From positions 4,960,001 through 5,024,000 of the forward strand of contig CM060733.1 in assembly GCA_030704615.1 (NCBI GenBank): a stretch of DNA of 64,000 nucleotides. The letters run 5' to 3'. Both the position numbers and the translations under genes were made by a program. Shown piece after piece: positions 14,701-29,345 of the stretch; the first letter of the stretch is position 1; every line of letters starts with the position of its first letter. The notes below the pieces were generated by a model. That model saw nothing but the letters and a program-made list of their open reading frames with translations, was not told the DNA's origin and made no database searches. The DNA is from Takakia lepidozioides. Its lineage: Eukaryota; Plantae; Bryophyta.

Positions 14701-17700
14701 AAACCTTCTGTGCATAAATGGATTCCTGTAGATATTTATTTACCTGGTTGTCCTCCGAAACCAGAAGCTATTATAGATGCTATAATAAAACTTCGTAAAG
14801 ACATATGAGGATAGAACTAAGCTTCGACTGCATTGTTAGTGGAAAGTCGTGGCCGAGGAATTGAACAATTAAAAATAGACGTACAGAATATGTTAAATCA
14901 ATAGATCATCTTCTGTCCCTGCAAAATAGCTTAACTTCGCCTGCCAAGACTTCTTTGCTTTCTTAAAATGTGCTTGAAATTGCAATCCTTCACAGGCAGA
15001 GGGGCAGGTAATCAGCCCCCATGTGGTGAGGAAAGCGCTGGAGAACACTGCAGCTTCGGTGACCAAAGATCCAGAAGGACCCTTGACAATGGGTCGTGGT
15101 CTTTTACAAGTCGACAGGTACCCTTTATTGTCTGTCCATCTCTCTTACTTTCCTCACTCCAATTTGACTGGCAGTGCAACCGCAAGCAACTTGGCACCTC
15201 TGTATGGAGGTCGATAGCTACATTAGCATCGCCAAATCAATACATCCTTCTATATGCCTGCCCTCAGAAAGCCAGATCTTTATATCCTGGTTAGTTTACA
15301 TTCCCATGAGGGGCATCCGGTGGATGAGCATCCTGTGGACACTATGCCCCTACGTTGATTGCTTTTCTCTCTGACGGCAACTTGTGTCCTGCCCAGGTGA
15401 CAGGCATGTGGTCATGTAAGTGATAGTGAGTAGATATGTTGAATGGCACACCAAATCAACAGAATTCTAATTGAAACAGAACTGAAATCAGTGCGGCTTG
15501 TGTCTGTTATGAGACGGTGTACTAATCTAATTTGCTTTCTTATGTGAGCAGGGCTTATGACTATTTGCAACGATGCAAGGATAGGCCCTCTGTTTGGTAC
15601 AAGGTGGATGTTACTCGTGGTGCCAACTCAGGTCCTAATATTTCCTCTGTAGTGTCCTGACTAGCATTTAGTGAATGAAAAGTTTAGAAAAAGAAGAAAC
15701 ACAGGAGATTTATAATGTGTGCGAACAGCCAAAAGAGCTTATAGGGAGTGTCCGTGTAGGCAGGCAAAAAATAGAGATAAGACTCAAAGAAAAACCTATG
15801 ACAGTGCCGGGGTTTACAATGTGCCTATGGTAACAGTGTAACTGCAAGAGATCAGGAGAAGACAGGAATTTACCATGGCCACAGGAGCTGGGAGGGTGAC
15901 ACTATAGAATTGCAAGAGAAAAACCAAAAGACTGTATCAAAAAACTCCAATGTCTCTCAGATAGAGGTAAAATATAATTGACTCAGTCACTGTGACTTCC
16001 AAGGAGGGCATGAGTTGGACTGTTTGGACTTTCAATTGTAGGATACATGTACCTACAAGAGGTGTGGTTGTCTTCTGATGACTTCTTCATTATCAGGGGT
16101 TATTCTTCGAGGAGTGTACTTGAGGGAAGCCCATGATTGTCGTCAAGTCAGTGAGGTATTGCTACCTTTTCTGTTGGGTGCAAGTCATCCATTAGGTTAT
16201 TATACGCTAGTACCTCAAAAATCTGTTGATTGCACTCTGGTGGTGCACATAACCAAGGTATGTAGAAACAGGTGTCTGGAAAGTTGTTCCATTAGATGAT
16301 TCCCCTGTTCCAGACAGACTCGAGCATTACTGTTATTGATGTATGTATATGTTTTTTTTATGCATGTCTGGACTAGCTTTAAGGTTTGGAAGTCTTTTGA
16401 GGAAGGCGGAGAAAGTGGCCTGATGATTCCCTATACAACTCACCCAAAAAATTGCATTTGTGAAACCAGAAAGCTGTTGTCATACTCTTAAGCTCTTATT
16501 TTACATCTGCTTGTCATATTGCTTTGAAAGTGGACGGTGCAAGTGAAGCCAAAGTTCCATGAAGATGCTGACAACCTGGAGTTCTTAGTACCATTTGAAG
16601 AACGTTTGAGATTGGAAAGCGGGGACCCATCCTGGCTCAAATGCCCCGAATATCTGCTCCTCACTCATAATGGCCGCAATTTCAAGTACTTCCTCTTCTG
16701 CATTGCATCCCCTAATATCTTGAAGATTCAAACCAGAAATAGCTGTGTGCTATTGTGCAAAAGAGAACTGAGTTCTTTTGTGTTCTTTCTAGATAGTGTA
16801 CAGCAAAACTGATTGCCTTCCTGCTTTCCTTCTCTTGGTTATGGAAGGGTCTACGGCCACAAGGGTACGGCAAATGATGAGTACATTCTTGTGATGGAAC
16901 TGAATATGATGGTTAATATCATCCTTGCTGGAGGATGATCATATGTGTGCTTGCTTGTGCAGCATTTTGGTGGACCCCACAGGCCTGAAGGAAGGGGTTC
17001 ACTATGCAGAGGTTGTGGGTATTGACTGTGAAGCTCCTTGGCGAGGACCTCTTTTCAGGATACCTATAACGGTAGTTAAGCCCATCGAACTCAAGACAAG
17101 GCCACCGCTTGCTTCCTTTTCACAACTGTCCTTCACTCCAGGTACTTAGTTATGGTGAAGGTATCCAGGTATACTGTTGATTGTCTTTCTATTGGAACGT
17201 GGGTGAGTCCTCTGTTGTCTTAATAACACTTGTTGAGCTTGATGATAAGCAGCCAGAGAAATTATTGACCTTCAGGAAGCAAATGTCAAAGTTGGAAGCA
17301 TATCTGATGTATTGCTCTGAAATTAGTACCACACTGACTTGCTGGGATTGCTCTCACTGCTACTTTTGTTGACTGTGATGCGGGCTGCGTTTGATTATTT
17401 GCTTGGGTATGGTGTTGAAGCAGGCCGTGTTGAGCGACGGTTTATTGCTGTTCCAGAAGGCACCACTTGGGGAGAAGCCACTGTGCGAATGAGCAGCTTT
17501 GACACCCCCCTTCGTTTTTTTGTCAATGCTGTCCAGGTATTTGTTGTTCCCCGTACTGACAGGAAGATCATTGTGTTTGCAAAACAAACATTCAACTGTC
17601 TACAACTCTATGTGTGTCTTAGAATCTACCCTCACAGAGATTGTTTCTTTTGTTTCTGTTGTCTTTCTAGGATGGAATCCATGCCAGGTCAATTATTGAA

Positions 17701-20700
17701 AAGGCCATATGTTCACACGTTGAAGGCTTCTTGCAATCAAGTTTAGTTAACCTAATCACTGCCAAATGTTCTTACAGCTTGTTCCAAAGAAGCGCCCAGT
17801 TGTGCGCGAAAGCTTTCTGACCTTCCAATCGCCTATGTCAAAGTCTTTTGCATTTCCTTTGCAAGGAGGGGTAACTATGGAGCTTACAATCGCCCAGTTT
17901 TGGTCCAGTGGGAGTGCTAGCCAGGCACCAGCTGTGGCAGATATAGAGGTAATGTGTCTGTCGTGTTTTTTGAATCAGCCTTGAGTGGTTTAATGAAAAA
18001 GGCAAGTGAGAGTCTGCTAGCGCTGTGGGTATGCAAGGTGCTAGTAGCTAGGCAGGTAGAATGTCCCAGAGTCTGCCCGTCAGGTCTTTCTGATAAGAAG
18101 CATGGTCCTCGGTGGATCTATGAGATTTTGATGCAGTGTTCATGGCACTCGAATGTGACATGAGAGGTGGTCAGCAGTTATCTCTGTAATATCTCACGTT
18201 GATTAATGACAATAAAGTATGAATCCACTGTTATATAATCCACTGTGTATATAATTAATTCAGATTGGCTGTTTGCTCCATTGTTTGGCATGGTTTGCGA
18301 TTTCATTGCAATTAGTCTCAGTAGAGTATGTAGCTGGGGACATTTGAATTTTTTCAGTAAAAGAAACTAGGGTGTGAACTTATGGGATAGATGCTTGCTG
18401 GTCAGAGCAGTTTTTGAGTGGTTATTGGTTGCTGGTTGAGGTAGATTGCGTTTCACGGGCTTCTCGCCAATGGGGAGGTATTCATCAATGGGAATGAGGC
18501 AGCAGCTCGGGTTGATGTGAAGGCTCAATTCTCAAGTGAGAAATTGTCTCCATGTGCAACTCTCAACAAGGTAGGTCACTGTTCCTTTCTGTGAAGACAC
18601 TTTTCACACACCCTGGTGTCATTATCTATGTATCAAGAACCTGTCCTATCCTGTATATGTAAACACGCCCATTCCAGACCCTTCCCTGAGAATACGCATC
18701 ACTTAGTCTTGCCATCTGTCAGCGTGGTTGGAATACGGCCCCTATTGCTATTGCAAGGGGACATTGGGTCAAGCGGTACCTCGGGCACCTGGGGGATTTT
18801 GTGTTCTTCAGATGAAGGTTTGGGCAACCGCGTTTCCACAACAGTTACAGCCGTCAGGATGCATCCACCTTCAAAACAGAAGGCAGTAGCCATTCAGGGT
18901 GAAGAGACACCATAAATTACACTTGCCTTGGCAGTCCACCTTTTTCCTTTTAATAGTGGAACTTTCATGAGGCTTGTGTTTTGACTAGTAGTTTCGTCTG
19001 CTTTGATGAGAAGATCTGTGCCTCTGGTTGCTTATGGCCGCTGGAGCAATAATCAACGCCTTATTGGCACATCCATTCAAACAAGGAGGAAAGAACTTGA
19101 TCTTCAACAATTATCTTCACGCAAAGATTGAGTTACTTGGGATTCGCACCAGTAGACTATTTGAAGTCGAGCAACGTGCTTATCTCATAGTTCCTCTTCT
19201 GTCAGCTGCAATGGTTGGGAAAGAAAATATAATGTTTGTTTCTTCTTGCAGGTTCGAATCCCATACCGTCCAGTGGAGGCCAAGATTGAGCCTTTGTCAG
19301 CAGCAAGAGATAAGCTATCCAATGGTCGACAGATCAATGGGCTAACCTTGACGTGAGTTGAACCTTTCCTCGAAGAAATATGGGCAGGACTGTTGTTGAT
19401 GCGACTCTTCACATACTGTAACCCTGTGTTCAGGATTGCACTATCCTCTCCTTTTGTCCACTGCAAAACTCACCATCCTTCGATAAGATTTTTCCACTGC
19501 TGTCAGTTTCCAGTGTCTGGTTGGACATCAATTCGAGGGAGTGTGGTGTACGAGTGAGCAAGCACCAGAAACATGGCTTTCTGGAAGGACAATGTTTCTT
19601 GGAATGCTACTTCCATTGCAATGTGTGTAAAGTGCTTCATTCAGCTTTTACCTCTCAGCTGACAACCAACCAACTCATAAAATCAGTCAATGTTGTCAGA
19701 ACCTAGACATGTGAACGAGCAGAATGAAAAGCTTGCTTGTGGTGATCTTTGTCTTTGACACTATTTCCAGGTACAAGTTCACACTGACGGAGGGTGCTAA
19801 AGTGACCCCGCGTCTTCCTTTTCTGAATGGCCGCATCTACGACTCCGAGTTTGAGTCTCAGTTGTACATGCTCTGCGATTCTAACAAGGTATTGCCTTAA
19901 TATACTCTTCTTGCATCCCTTGCCATCACCTCTGTCACTCCGTAGGACAGTGTGCGCCCCTCCACCCTCAAAGGCAGATGATTGAGGGAGTAGAGGGCTG
20001 GAAGTGACACTAACAAGTCACCTACCAATTGTTTTTGGCTGCAGCGGGTCCTTTCCATGGGGGATGTATATCCAAAGAGCGTGAGGCTTTCAAAAGGGGA
20101 TTATACTATACGTTTTTTGATAAGGTGCTTTCCTCAACAGCTTCATTTTCTGCTCCATCTTTGTTTTTCAATGAAACACGTAACATGGGTGCCTCTGTTG
20201 GTATTGCTAGATCCTACCAGATAGTTAGCAATATGTTTGAGTTTGTTATGAATAATTGCAATGGTGTTGTCTGCCTGCATGAAATTTTTCTTCTTTGAGA
20301 TCTGTGTGGTTCTGAGCTCTGCTGGGACTAATCTGGATTGCAGGCATGATAACATGGCCCATTTAGAGAAGTTAAAGAAGGTTTCGCTGCTGATTGACCG
20401 GAATTTAGATGAGAAAGTATGTACCTTTTCTCTGGCACTATGATCCCTCCAGACTGTCAATGGTGTGAATGGATAGATGGAAATCCTTAGCACTCAAGGA
20501 GGAGACTCAGTTGTTACAGAACAGGGCGGGATTTTGCTGATAGTTGCAACGACAAACTGCATGTTGCAAAAATGTCAAACCTGGGGGTTATAAGGGGTAC
20601 TTTTGAATAACGTGGTGTTAGCCAATTTCGCATTGTGTTTACAGGTGGTGAGTTGAGGGAACCTGTAATCTTCTGTCCTTTTGGGGCCATGAATGATATC

Positions 20701-23700
20701 TAAAGGAGCCTCGTATGCTCAAGTAGTGGCCATGAGATTCATCGTCTCTTTTTCTTCCTTTGTCGCACTGCCCCCCAATACTACACAAAGCCTAAAAGAT
20801 AGACTTGGAGTCATCTGCGAAAGAACCTGGACTGGTTTACCTTATCCCGCCTCGCCTCCCATAAACATGATCACTCTCATCTGAAAGCTCCAAGCTTTCA
20901 TCGTCATCTTCATCTTCATTGAACCCCTTCAATGGTAAAACGTTCAGGAGTCCAGCCTTGTAGAAGCCATCCAACAAGGCAGCCTGAGCCATGAAGGTGA
21001 TGCTTCTTAACATTCTCGTGGATATGCCAATGGGTGTGTCTGCCCAGCTGACTGCGAGACCTGTTTAGAGCTCTGTAGTAGTTTTGATTTTGATTGTGAT
21101 CAGTGCATTTGATGGTGGCAATTTGTCAACTGCAGACTGGTATTAAGCTGAGTTTTTACTCCCACATAGATGGGGCCATCACAGGAGCTGAGGCTTTCAA
21201 ACCTGTTCTCTTGGCACCTGGGTAAGCCTGAGATCTGGATCCCAATATGGGGTTTTCTTTCTAAGTAACGTGAGTGGTCCGTATATGAGGGGGAGGAATA
21301 TGTGTTATGCTTTTGTAGAATATTTGGTCATGTTTTTCTTGTTGGATTTTTGTGCACTTAGTCTTCACCTCCAAGTCTTTAAATAAATACTATTTGTGAA
21401 ATGCATTTGACAAATGGACTTCGCATTTTCCAAGGCCATCTGTCTTACCGTAAACGCTCCCCAAATCCGTTTATTGTTGCCTCAGTTTGAACGGGTCTAA
21501 GGATTTGCTATATGCGTTGTAGTAAACTCACTTCCTATGCTATGGTGGCACTGCAGAGAGACACGGGCCTTGTACATAGCTGCCCCAGCAGACGACAAAC
21601 TGCCGAAGGTTGGTTTCTTGCTCTCTCTTAGTGGAAATTTTTTTTTTCCATCCTTTCTGTCCAGCTTGCACAGGGCGCAACCAGGAAATTGAAACTGAAG
21701 ATCACTTTTTCTTCTATTGCCCCCTATGCTATGAGATACATGGGAGATTCCATTGTCTATTCCGTGGAACCCAATCTCTCACTGAGGTCTTTCACTATGA
21801 AGATCAGAAATGTTTGGCAGCCTACCTGCACAAGGCATTCAGAACAATAGTTCTTATCTCTCTGGCTTCCTGTTTTCTCTCATGTTTGTTGGGCCCAAAT
21901 CGGATGTAATATACTCCTTTCTTGCTTTCTGTCGTTCATTCTGTTTCTAGCTGTCAAGACTGGATGCATGCCTCTCCTAGTTTTAGTGTGGATGACTGTA
22001 CATCTGATCTTTGAACTGGAGAGGTCAGGCCATAAGACTGGAGCAAAGGCTAGGGACATGATAAGAACCAGGAGTGGCAGATTTGAAGTTTCTTGGGTGG
22101 TGTATGGGGAGAGTCAAACTGCATAAGGAGATAGGGAGAAAAGAGGAATAATTAATGAAGTTGATTTGAATCTGATACTTTTCATTGCATAACTTGTGCT
22201 GTGAGTTGCAGGATGTGCCAACAGGCTCTCTGTTAATGGGCAAAGTGACCTATGGCGAGGTGTCACTGGGGAGTGGCAGAGGGAAACAAAATGGGGATGA
22301 GCCATCTCCTGCCAAATCTCGGCTCTCGTATGTGGTCCCTCCACCAGTCAAGGTGTGTCATTTGTAAGAAAACAAGGATTCATCCAGTCACAGTGAAAAC
22401 AATAAACCGAGATCAAGGGAACTTCATGATGTTCTCGGGGTTCGTGAGGGACACACAGTGAGAGTCTGGCTGCATGGAAACTTTCTTAGTCTAGTTGATG
22501 TTAGCCACTTTCAGCAGTGACCTGCCATAGTCTCTCTGTTGAATCATAGTTTTTGGGCTGCTTGTTGGGTGCTACTTCTTCTCCTTTTACCATTCTCTTT
22601 GTCTCATTAGCTCTTTGAGCTTCCCATGTACAGTATGTAGCTTCTTTCTTTTTGGCTCTGGTTTTGTTTCCTCTCTCATGTTTTTGTCCATTTGTCCCAT
22701 AAGCTCTTTGAGCTTTCTGCGGACGTTATAGAGTACCATTTCATTTCATTTCATTTCTTTCTGCTTACAGCACTTTTGCCTAAGGGTTGACTTGATCTTG
22801 GTGAGGAGGCCTCACATAAGTGGGGAAGGGGGATTGCATTTTGAAGATGCTGCTTCTATCTCTCGGGCAAGCTCTCTGCTCGTTTGGCAGGGGCACTTCC
22901 TACCCTCACTTGATATCCTGGGAATTATTGTAGGTTTCTATATTGCTAGGCTCCACCTCTTTGGTCCAGTTGCGTTCAGATTATGTTTCGTTTTGATTGA
23001 GGTTATTCTGCAACTCATGGCTGAGGGTCTCAAAGCATCAAATGGATTTTTCCCAGGCAGAGGAGAAAGCAAAGGAGACGCAGCCAGATGCCAAGAAAAC
23101 TGTTGCACAGATCCTTGAGGAGGAGGTATTTATACTGCTGCATACTCCTGAAACTGGTTTTGCAGCGTGTGAACAACCATAAGATTCCTGTCACACCCTT
23201 AGTTCAGAAGTGAGATCTCAACTTGCATTGCAACCAGTCAAACAAGTTATTTTGGGGTGGGGGAAGTGTTTTGTAATCTTAAAGGGTAGTTTTCTGGTAT
23301 AGGTGCGGGATGCAAAGATAGAAGTGCTCTCGAGCCTCCCTTTGTCCACAACGGAGGAGCGCCAAGAATGGGATGACTTGGCTTTGGCTCTTAAGGTATG
23401 AACCACCTTCTCTTTAGTTAACATTCTAACTCTGGATGGCAGTTGTCACCCTTTGGTGAATTAAGCTTACATTCTGTCCGCGTTTCTACTTGTGGCATAG
23501 TTGAAAGTCTTGTTTGTAAATGACAGTTTACCAGCCCCCTTCTCAGATATCTGACATGAATTCTGCATTTTATAAGGCATTAATCCATGATCCTCTCACA
23601 ATTTGCAGTCTGATTACCCAACCCACTTACAGCTTATGGTGGCGATTCTGCAAAAAGTGGCTGCCACCCAAGGCAAAGAAGAGGAGAAGTTCGGTATTCA

Positions 23701-26700
23701 AAAGGTTCTCTTTTTCTGTCTCCTTTTTTCCTGTTTGGCTGTTCGTGGATTGATACTTGCTATTAAGAGGGCTTTGCCATAGGCGTCAAAGCAGTAAGAA
23801 CTATATGCAGGTCTAGTCATCCTCTGAATTGGTGGCAATGATCTTTACTGTCAAGCTTGTGACAGGTGTGCTTTAACTCAGAACTTCTTGAGCCACAGGA
23901 CATGTGTGCTAGATATGAATAATGTTCCTGTATTGGCAACAATTTTCCATAACCCGTGGCCACATACCTCGCAGGGATGTGAGGGAGCAATAGCCTACTT
24001 GTATTTGAGATGTCTGTAAGCTGTTATGGCCACATGATCTGCGGTTCAAACCCTCCTGATTAGGTGACATGAAACAAACTACCACTGTGATATCCAACTA
24101 AAAAATACCAATCCCAGTGGGATTCAGATCAACAGCTCCGTGGCTCTTTGATGTAGTACCCCTAACTGCCAGTCAGGTGAGAGCCAGAGGGATGGATTCG
24201 TGGACCACCATAAGGAACCGGTTGTGGAGTTTCACCCACCTAGTATGTGCAAGTCATCTTGAAGTTGCCATAGCGCTCCTGCACAATCACAACAATGTAA
24301 GAGCCGATATAGACATCATGCAGGAAATTGACTAGCCCTCGGTCCAGCCACCTGTGACAATGCCAGACACATTGTCTAAATAAAGGGAAGAAGACAGCCA
24401 GAGGGAGAGAATGTACTCATAAGACGTTGTTTGCCGTAGCCTTGTGGCCATTGAGCGGAACACAAAGGGACAGAACCTACCTCTGTCAGGGGCTGACGTC
24501 GGTAGTAAGACTTACCTTGGTAAAGAACATTGATCTGGGTTTTCCAGATATCCTCTAGAAATCCCTTCACACAAGCATCAATTTGCTGTGTGTGGTTTGC
24601 CCAGAAACTAGGCCCCAGAAGGGCCTGGGCTTTTGGCTCAGCCTCGAGACTTTCGAAGTTGGTAAACATAGGTACAGGCACAATTCCCTTGATACATTTG
24701 GGGAGAGCGTCCCTCTGGTGAGAGTACCCCGGACAGTGAATCAGGAAATGAATATTGTCTTCGGGTTGCCCACACAACGGGCAATTGCACTCTCCCTTTC
24801 CTCTCTGCTTCTGTTTACTGTTCAAAGGTAGGCTTCCTGCCCTGAGTTTAAATTTCAGTCTGGTGGCGAGAGTGGGTAGACCCTTGAGGTCATCCATGAT
24901 GTCCTCCCCCATGTCGCAGACTGGAAACAGGTTCAGGGAAGTTTTCTGCCTAACTTCATTTTCACCAGACAATTTGTCTGGTAACAGACATGGCTTTGGA
25001 CACTACAGTCTCTAAGTCAGCTTTATCCAGCAGGAACAAGACTTGCGGGTCCAGATTCAGATCCTTGAGAATCTCTTCTACTCTCTTCTGCCAGGACTTA
25101 GCCTGTTTGACAGGGGGGTCCTGTTTCCAAGATATAGAGTCGATTAACTTAGGATATCTGGTGTTGGACATGTGTTGCAACTGACCCCACCATCTGACCT
25201 TGAATTCATCTCGTCGGGAGCTTAAGGAAGCCCGAACAGCCATATTGGCTGTTTTGGAGCATGCTGACATGCACTCCTTAAGCACCCCCACTTGAATGGA
25301 TTCTAGAGACTTAGCCTGGTTGGAATTATCACCCCATATAGCAGATGCGTACTCCAAGGCAGGTCTAATAACGCGACAAAGCAAGGTTTTCTTGACCTCA
25401 GAGTTAATCCCTCTGCAGTGGAAATTTTTTGTGAGACTCAGCGCTTTGTCCTTGCCAGTTTGAACAACTTTCTGGATATGTGCATCCCAATTACAGTTGG
25501 AGGAAAACTCAACGCCCAGGTATGTGTAGGAAGGGAGGACCAGAATCTCTTGGGAGAGAAACAAACAAAGAAACAAACTTTACAACGTCCCTAGGAGCCC
25601 TGAGGATGTATGGAAGAAATGGAGAAAACAAAGATAGTGAAAGCAGCAGAGGGATTTTCTATGAAATTTGGACTCTGGTTTTGTTCCTTCCTATTCGAAA
25701 ACAAATTCCAAGAACAAGAGAGATTTTGAATGAAAGGAATCACATGGTGGGGTACAGGTGATTGATGCAGCCGATGACATTATCAGTCTAATAGACAAGG
25801 ATGTGCTGGCCAGGCATTTTTCAATGAAAACCGAACCAGAAGATCCTGAGGCAGGGGTATGTGCACTGGGCTTGCCTCTTTCTTTCATATTAAGTTTTGT
25901 CAGAAAACATCACTTGATCACAATCATGTCATTGACACTGTGTTGATATTTGGAGCGTCGAAAATTGTGGCAGCAAGTGAAGAAGGAAATGGAAAAGCAG
26001 CGTGATGCTTTGGCAGATGCTCTCTGCAAAAAGGGACTGGCTCTTGCCGAGCGGGAGGAACAGTTTGTAGTAAAGCAGGTGCAGTCATTCCTGCAGCCTC
26101 ATTTCCTTTTACCCATGTGGTTGTCTGTCTTTTTCATGGTCTCATCTTCAAGGCAGGATGTGGGGTTTATAGGCACAACACCACAGCAACTGAACTCTTA
26201 ATGTGTGAGAGATCACCATGGAAGGCATATATTTCAGAAACTTGCGACATTTTCATGCCGTTGAATATTTGTATATCAAACTCGAACTTCCACTGATTAT
26301 ACCATCTGAAATATTTGGTTAACTGTGTTTGATGAACATGTCATCACCTTTTTGGATGAATAAATGAATAATTCCTTCATGAGATCAATACATCTGTGGA
26401 CAAATTTCATTGAATTGATAAACAAAACACAAAAGTATTATAATCACATTTTTGCAGGCTACACCAACCACGGAAAATTCTTCCTGCTTGGTTGAAGCTG
26501 GAGTGGGCTAGTGGACTACCTTATCAACTGATTAGAACGCCCCATTTGTTTCCAAAGGGTCCAAGAGACTGGCTGACGGGTGCTTGTTTTTAACATTAGC
26601 CTGTATTGAACCTTATGCTATGCCTTGCGTTGGGTCCTCAGGTAGCTGAGATGTTAAATTGTAATTAAACAACTGAATATGGTGGACAGGAGGAAGACAA

Positions 26701-28497
26701 ACTGGAGGCATCATCAAAGGATATTGATGCCAACACAGCTGCAGGTTCGTGTGCTGCCTGCCTCCTGAAACTGGATATGGGACCACTGCATGTCTTTAAT
26801 GCTGTCTTCACTGTCTCAGCCAGTGTCCTATTGCAGCTCACATCCATGACATGTGCTTTACAAACCTACTATGCATACCTCACCACAGAATGAATGTTAA
26901 TTTTTCGCTGCATTGGTGGAATGCAGAAAGGAACGGGTTTTTCCCCTACCAAATGACATGAATTTCTTCAAGTTAACTTACTGTTACAGGCTACCAAACG
27001 TGATTACAAGAGCTTTCCCCTATAATACTCAACTAGAAATAATAAACATTGCAATATTGTTATCCATGTCCATTAGTGTTCTGAACTCTCCTGGCTTAAT
27101 GACATTTACCAGGCCTGACGTGGATCACAGGATCAAATGAAGTGGTGAGCCAGGAGGTCAGGGATAGTGCCAAAATCACTGGTGGAGGAGGCCCTATAGT
27201 GGCAGCTCTTACTGTGAACCAAGATGGCAATGGCTCAGCAACAGCAGCACAGGATGAACTTGAAGAAATTTATGCTGAGTTGCGGAAATGGGCAGAGATT
27301 GGCTCACCAAAGTACCTCATGTTGACTTTCAAACGGGAGAAACGGTCCGGACGGCTTGGAACTGCTTTAAAGGTGAGGTGGAGTTGGACTCGTAACTGTG
27401 TGGGAGCTTTTCAAAAAACTCGTTTAAAAGCCCTACCCTTGCCCACATCTATCCTCGTAACTTCTCTGAAACGCAAGTCAAGAAAACTGAACCGTGCAAC
27501 CAACCTCCCACACGCAAACGAGAGGAATCTACCATCTTAGTAAAATCTATTTAATACATTAATGATGAAATAACTTGGGCAGTTGGAGTATATACTAATT
27601 TGCAGCCCAAATGGGAGTTTCTAGTTTCTTTGTTTCTATTGGGGGTTTGATGTCTGTCATAGCCAAAACTGCCCATTGACGTCAATTCAAACATGCTAAT
27701 CTGTGCCTGTGTGGTCATCTTCAGCAACCTGATTCCATTCTGAGGGGGAAAAAATCTGCTTTTCGTAGATTAGGTTCCAGAGAAGTGGGATGAGGAGGTG
27801 GGACGGCGGGGCCCCCCTTCTAGAAGGAACTCACGCGGCCTGTGAGGGTGTATATATAGGACGACCTCTCACTCTGTGGCTGGGCTCTCCCCCTGAACGG
27901 GGTATGTTGAGAGCGAGGTATAATGTAGAGGTTTGGTGGGCTTTGGTGGGCTTTGGCTATGTGCAGGCCCGCCGTCAAGTCAGAAGGGGCATAGCTTCAA
28001 TTATCAAATACAAAATATTTAGGAAATCGCAGCCATAAATATTTTTTCTTCGCCCCATCATGCCTTAATGGGCAGAGAGCTGGCGCCCTTTCCGCGCCGC
28101 GCGCCCTTCATTTGCTGTGCGAAGACAGCGGGAGAGAAGAAAGATGGAAAACCCCATTACTGTAATGTCGAAGAGTTTCTCCTGGATTAGCAATTAGCAT
28201 CATCTTCATGGAAACATTCATAATGGGTTGGCTCATGTTGAAAGTGTGTACCCTAAAGAGTATGTCCAGGTTTTGAGGTGGAAAAGCTGATACAATTTTC
28301 TTAGGCTGCTTTATAATGTATCGGTGTTGTTGGTACAGGCACTGAATGATCTAATCCAAGACGAGAGCAAGCCGCCACAGAAGCATCTGTATGAGCTTCG
28401 TATAAAGGTGCTAGAAGAGATTGGGTGGTCACATTGGGCTGCCTACGAGCAGAAATGGCTACCTGTCCGATTTCCTTCGTCCTATCCTCTCTTTTGA
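8768..28497 (+). CDS. TPP2: Tripeptidyl peptidase II (subtilisin S8 family), about 35 exons
   Basis: [19 protein letters not shown], catalytic D (IF|DSG), H (HGTHVAG), oxyanion SAGNNGP, S (NGTSMASP) and C-terminal [28 protein letters not shown]. Approximate exons: 8768-9497, 9649-9727, 10012-10085, 10607-10716, 11015-11095, 11227-11313, 11902-12044, 12422-12572, 13052-13174, 13702-13785, 14040-14227, 14426-14600, 14996-15117, 15552-15631, 16096-16156, 16531-16685, 16963-17141, 17424-17536, 17778-17948, 18445-18570, 19252-19352, 19771-19887, 20045-20124, 20344-20416, 21136-21221, 21557-21608, 22212-22352, 23056-23125, 23303-23395, 23608-23704, 25758-25856, 25974-26078, 26690-26744, 27131-27372, 28339-28497. 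Confidence 0.96.
11412..11863 (+). mobile_element. 5'-truncated RTE-X-like LINE copy in a TPP2 intron
   Basis: Closely similar to the reverse complement of ~24410-24865 ([32 protein letters not shown]). Ends in ATGAGTACA. Confidence 0.85.
21650..21850 (+). mobile_element. 3' remnant of a second LINE family (CCHC-type zinc motif)
   Basis: C..C...[26 protein letters not shown] resembles the C-terminal motif of RTE/RTE-X ORF2. Confidence 0.65.
24408..25540 (-). mobile_element. 5'-truncated RTE-X-like LINE (RT thumb plus C-terminal zinc motif), antisense in a TPP2 intron
   Basis: [27 protein letters not shown] (ORF 24962-25576), then frameshifted [31 protein letters not shown] (ORF 24376-24972). 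Confidence 0.88.
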
Positions 28498-29345
28498 TTT
28501 TTATAATATCTGCCTGTTGTTGCCCAAACCCACACATAAAATCTTGGTGCATGCAGTCAGACATGGTGTCTTCAGTCTGCCGTGCAAACAGAGGATGTGT
28601 AGGCAAGAGGCCATTTTGTCTGCAATGGTTACTTGTGTGGTGACAGTCTTGTTCAGGACTACATGAACTGTCCCACTCACATGGTAAGTTATCCACCACT
28701 TTCTCATAGCTGCTGAAGAGTTACGGAAATGAGCATGCAAATATGAACCAGACCTATAATCAAGGTTTGGTTAATTTGTCTCTAAATTGGTTATGGGCTG
28801 CTAGGATGCACCCCATCTGTCTACAGTCTCAAGTAAAGGTATTACGTTGGTGTCTGGTGGATTGCAATGGTGTGGTTGCCGTTATTGACCGTGAATATTT
28901 CTTTATTTGTACGAAGGTATCACAACATGAACCAGTATTCACTTTCAGATATTTCGTTGTCACCATGCTGTCTTTTCCCATCGCACTCCAGTGGAAGTCC
29001 TAGACCATCTTCTCTTCATTATTTGAATTTATAATTAGCAATTGCAAGATCAGTTTTAGAGGAGTGAGGTCCACTTAGTACAGGATGGGAATCGGAGGGA
29101 AGAACTACTTCATGCCATGCGGTCAGTCCACCCTCTGCCACTCTCCTGATACTCCACGGTCCTCGAACGTCATGGTCAAGGAGATGGCAAGCCAACGTGG
29201 GAAAGACGTGTGCATCTGTTAGCTTAAAGGACCTATTTCAGGCCCATTAGCTTTTACACCAAACTACACTATCTCAGTTAGTGAGATGCACTAACTATTG
29301 GGAGTGCTAGTTAGTATAATTGGAAAAGCATCTCCACGGTATTTT

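Noticed and set aside
15308-15380. Hairpin with GGATGA...CTGA in a TPP2 intron as a C/D snoRNA
   Set aside because: Too short, the C box is degenerate, and there is no convincing antisense element.
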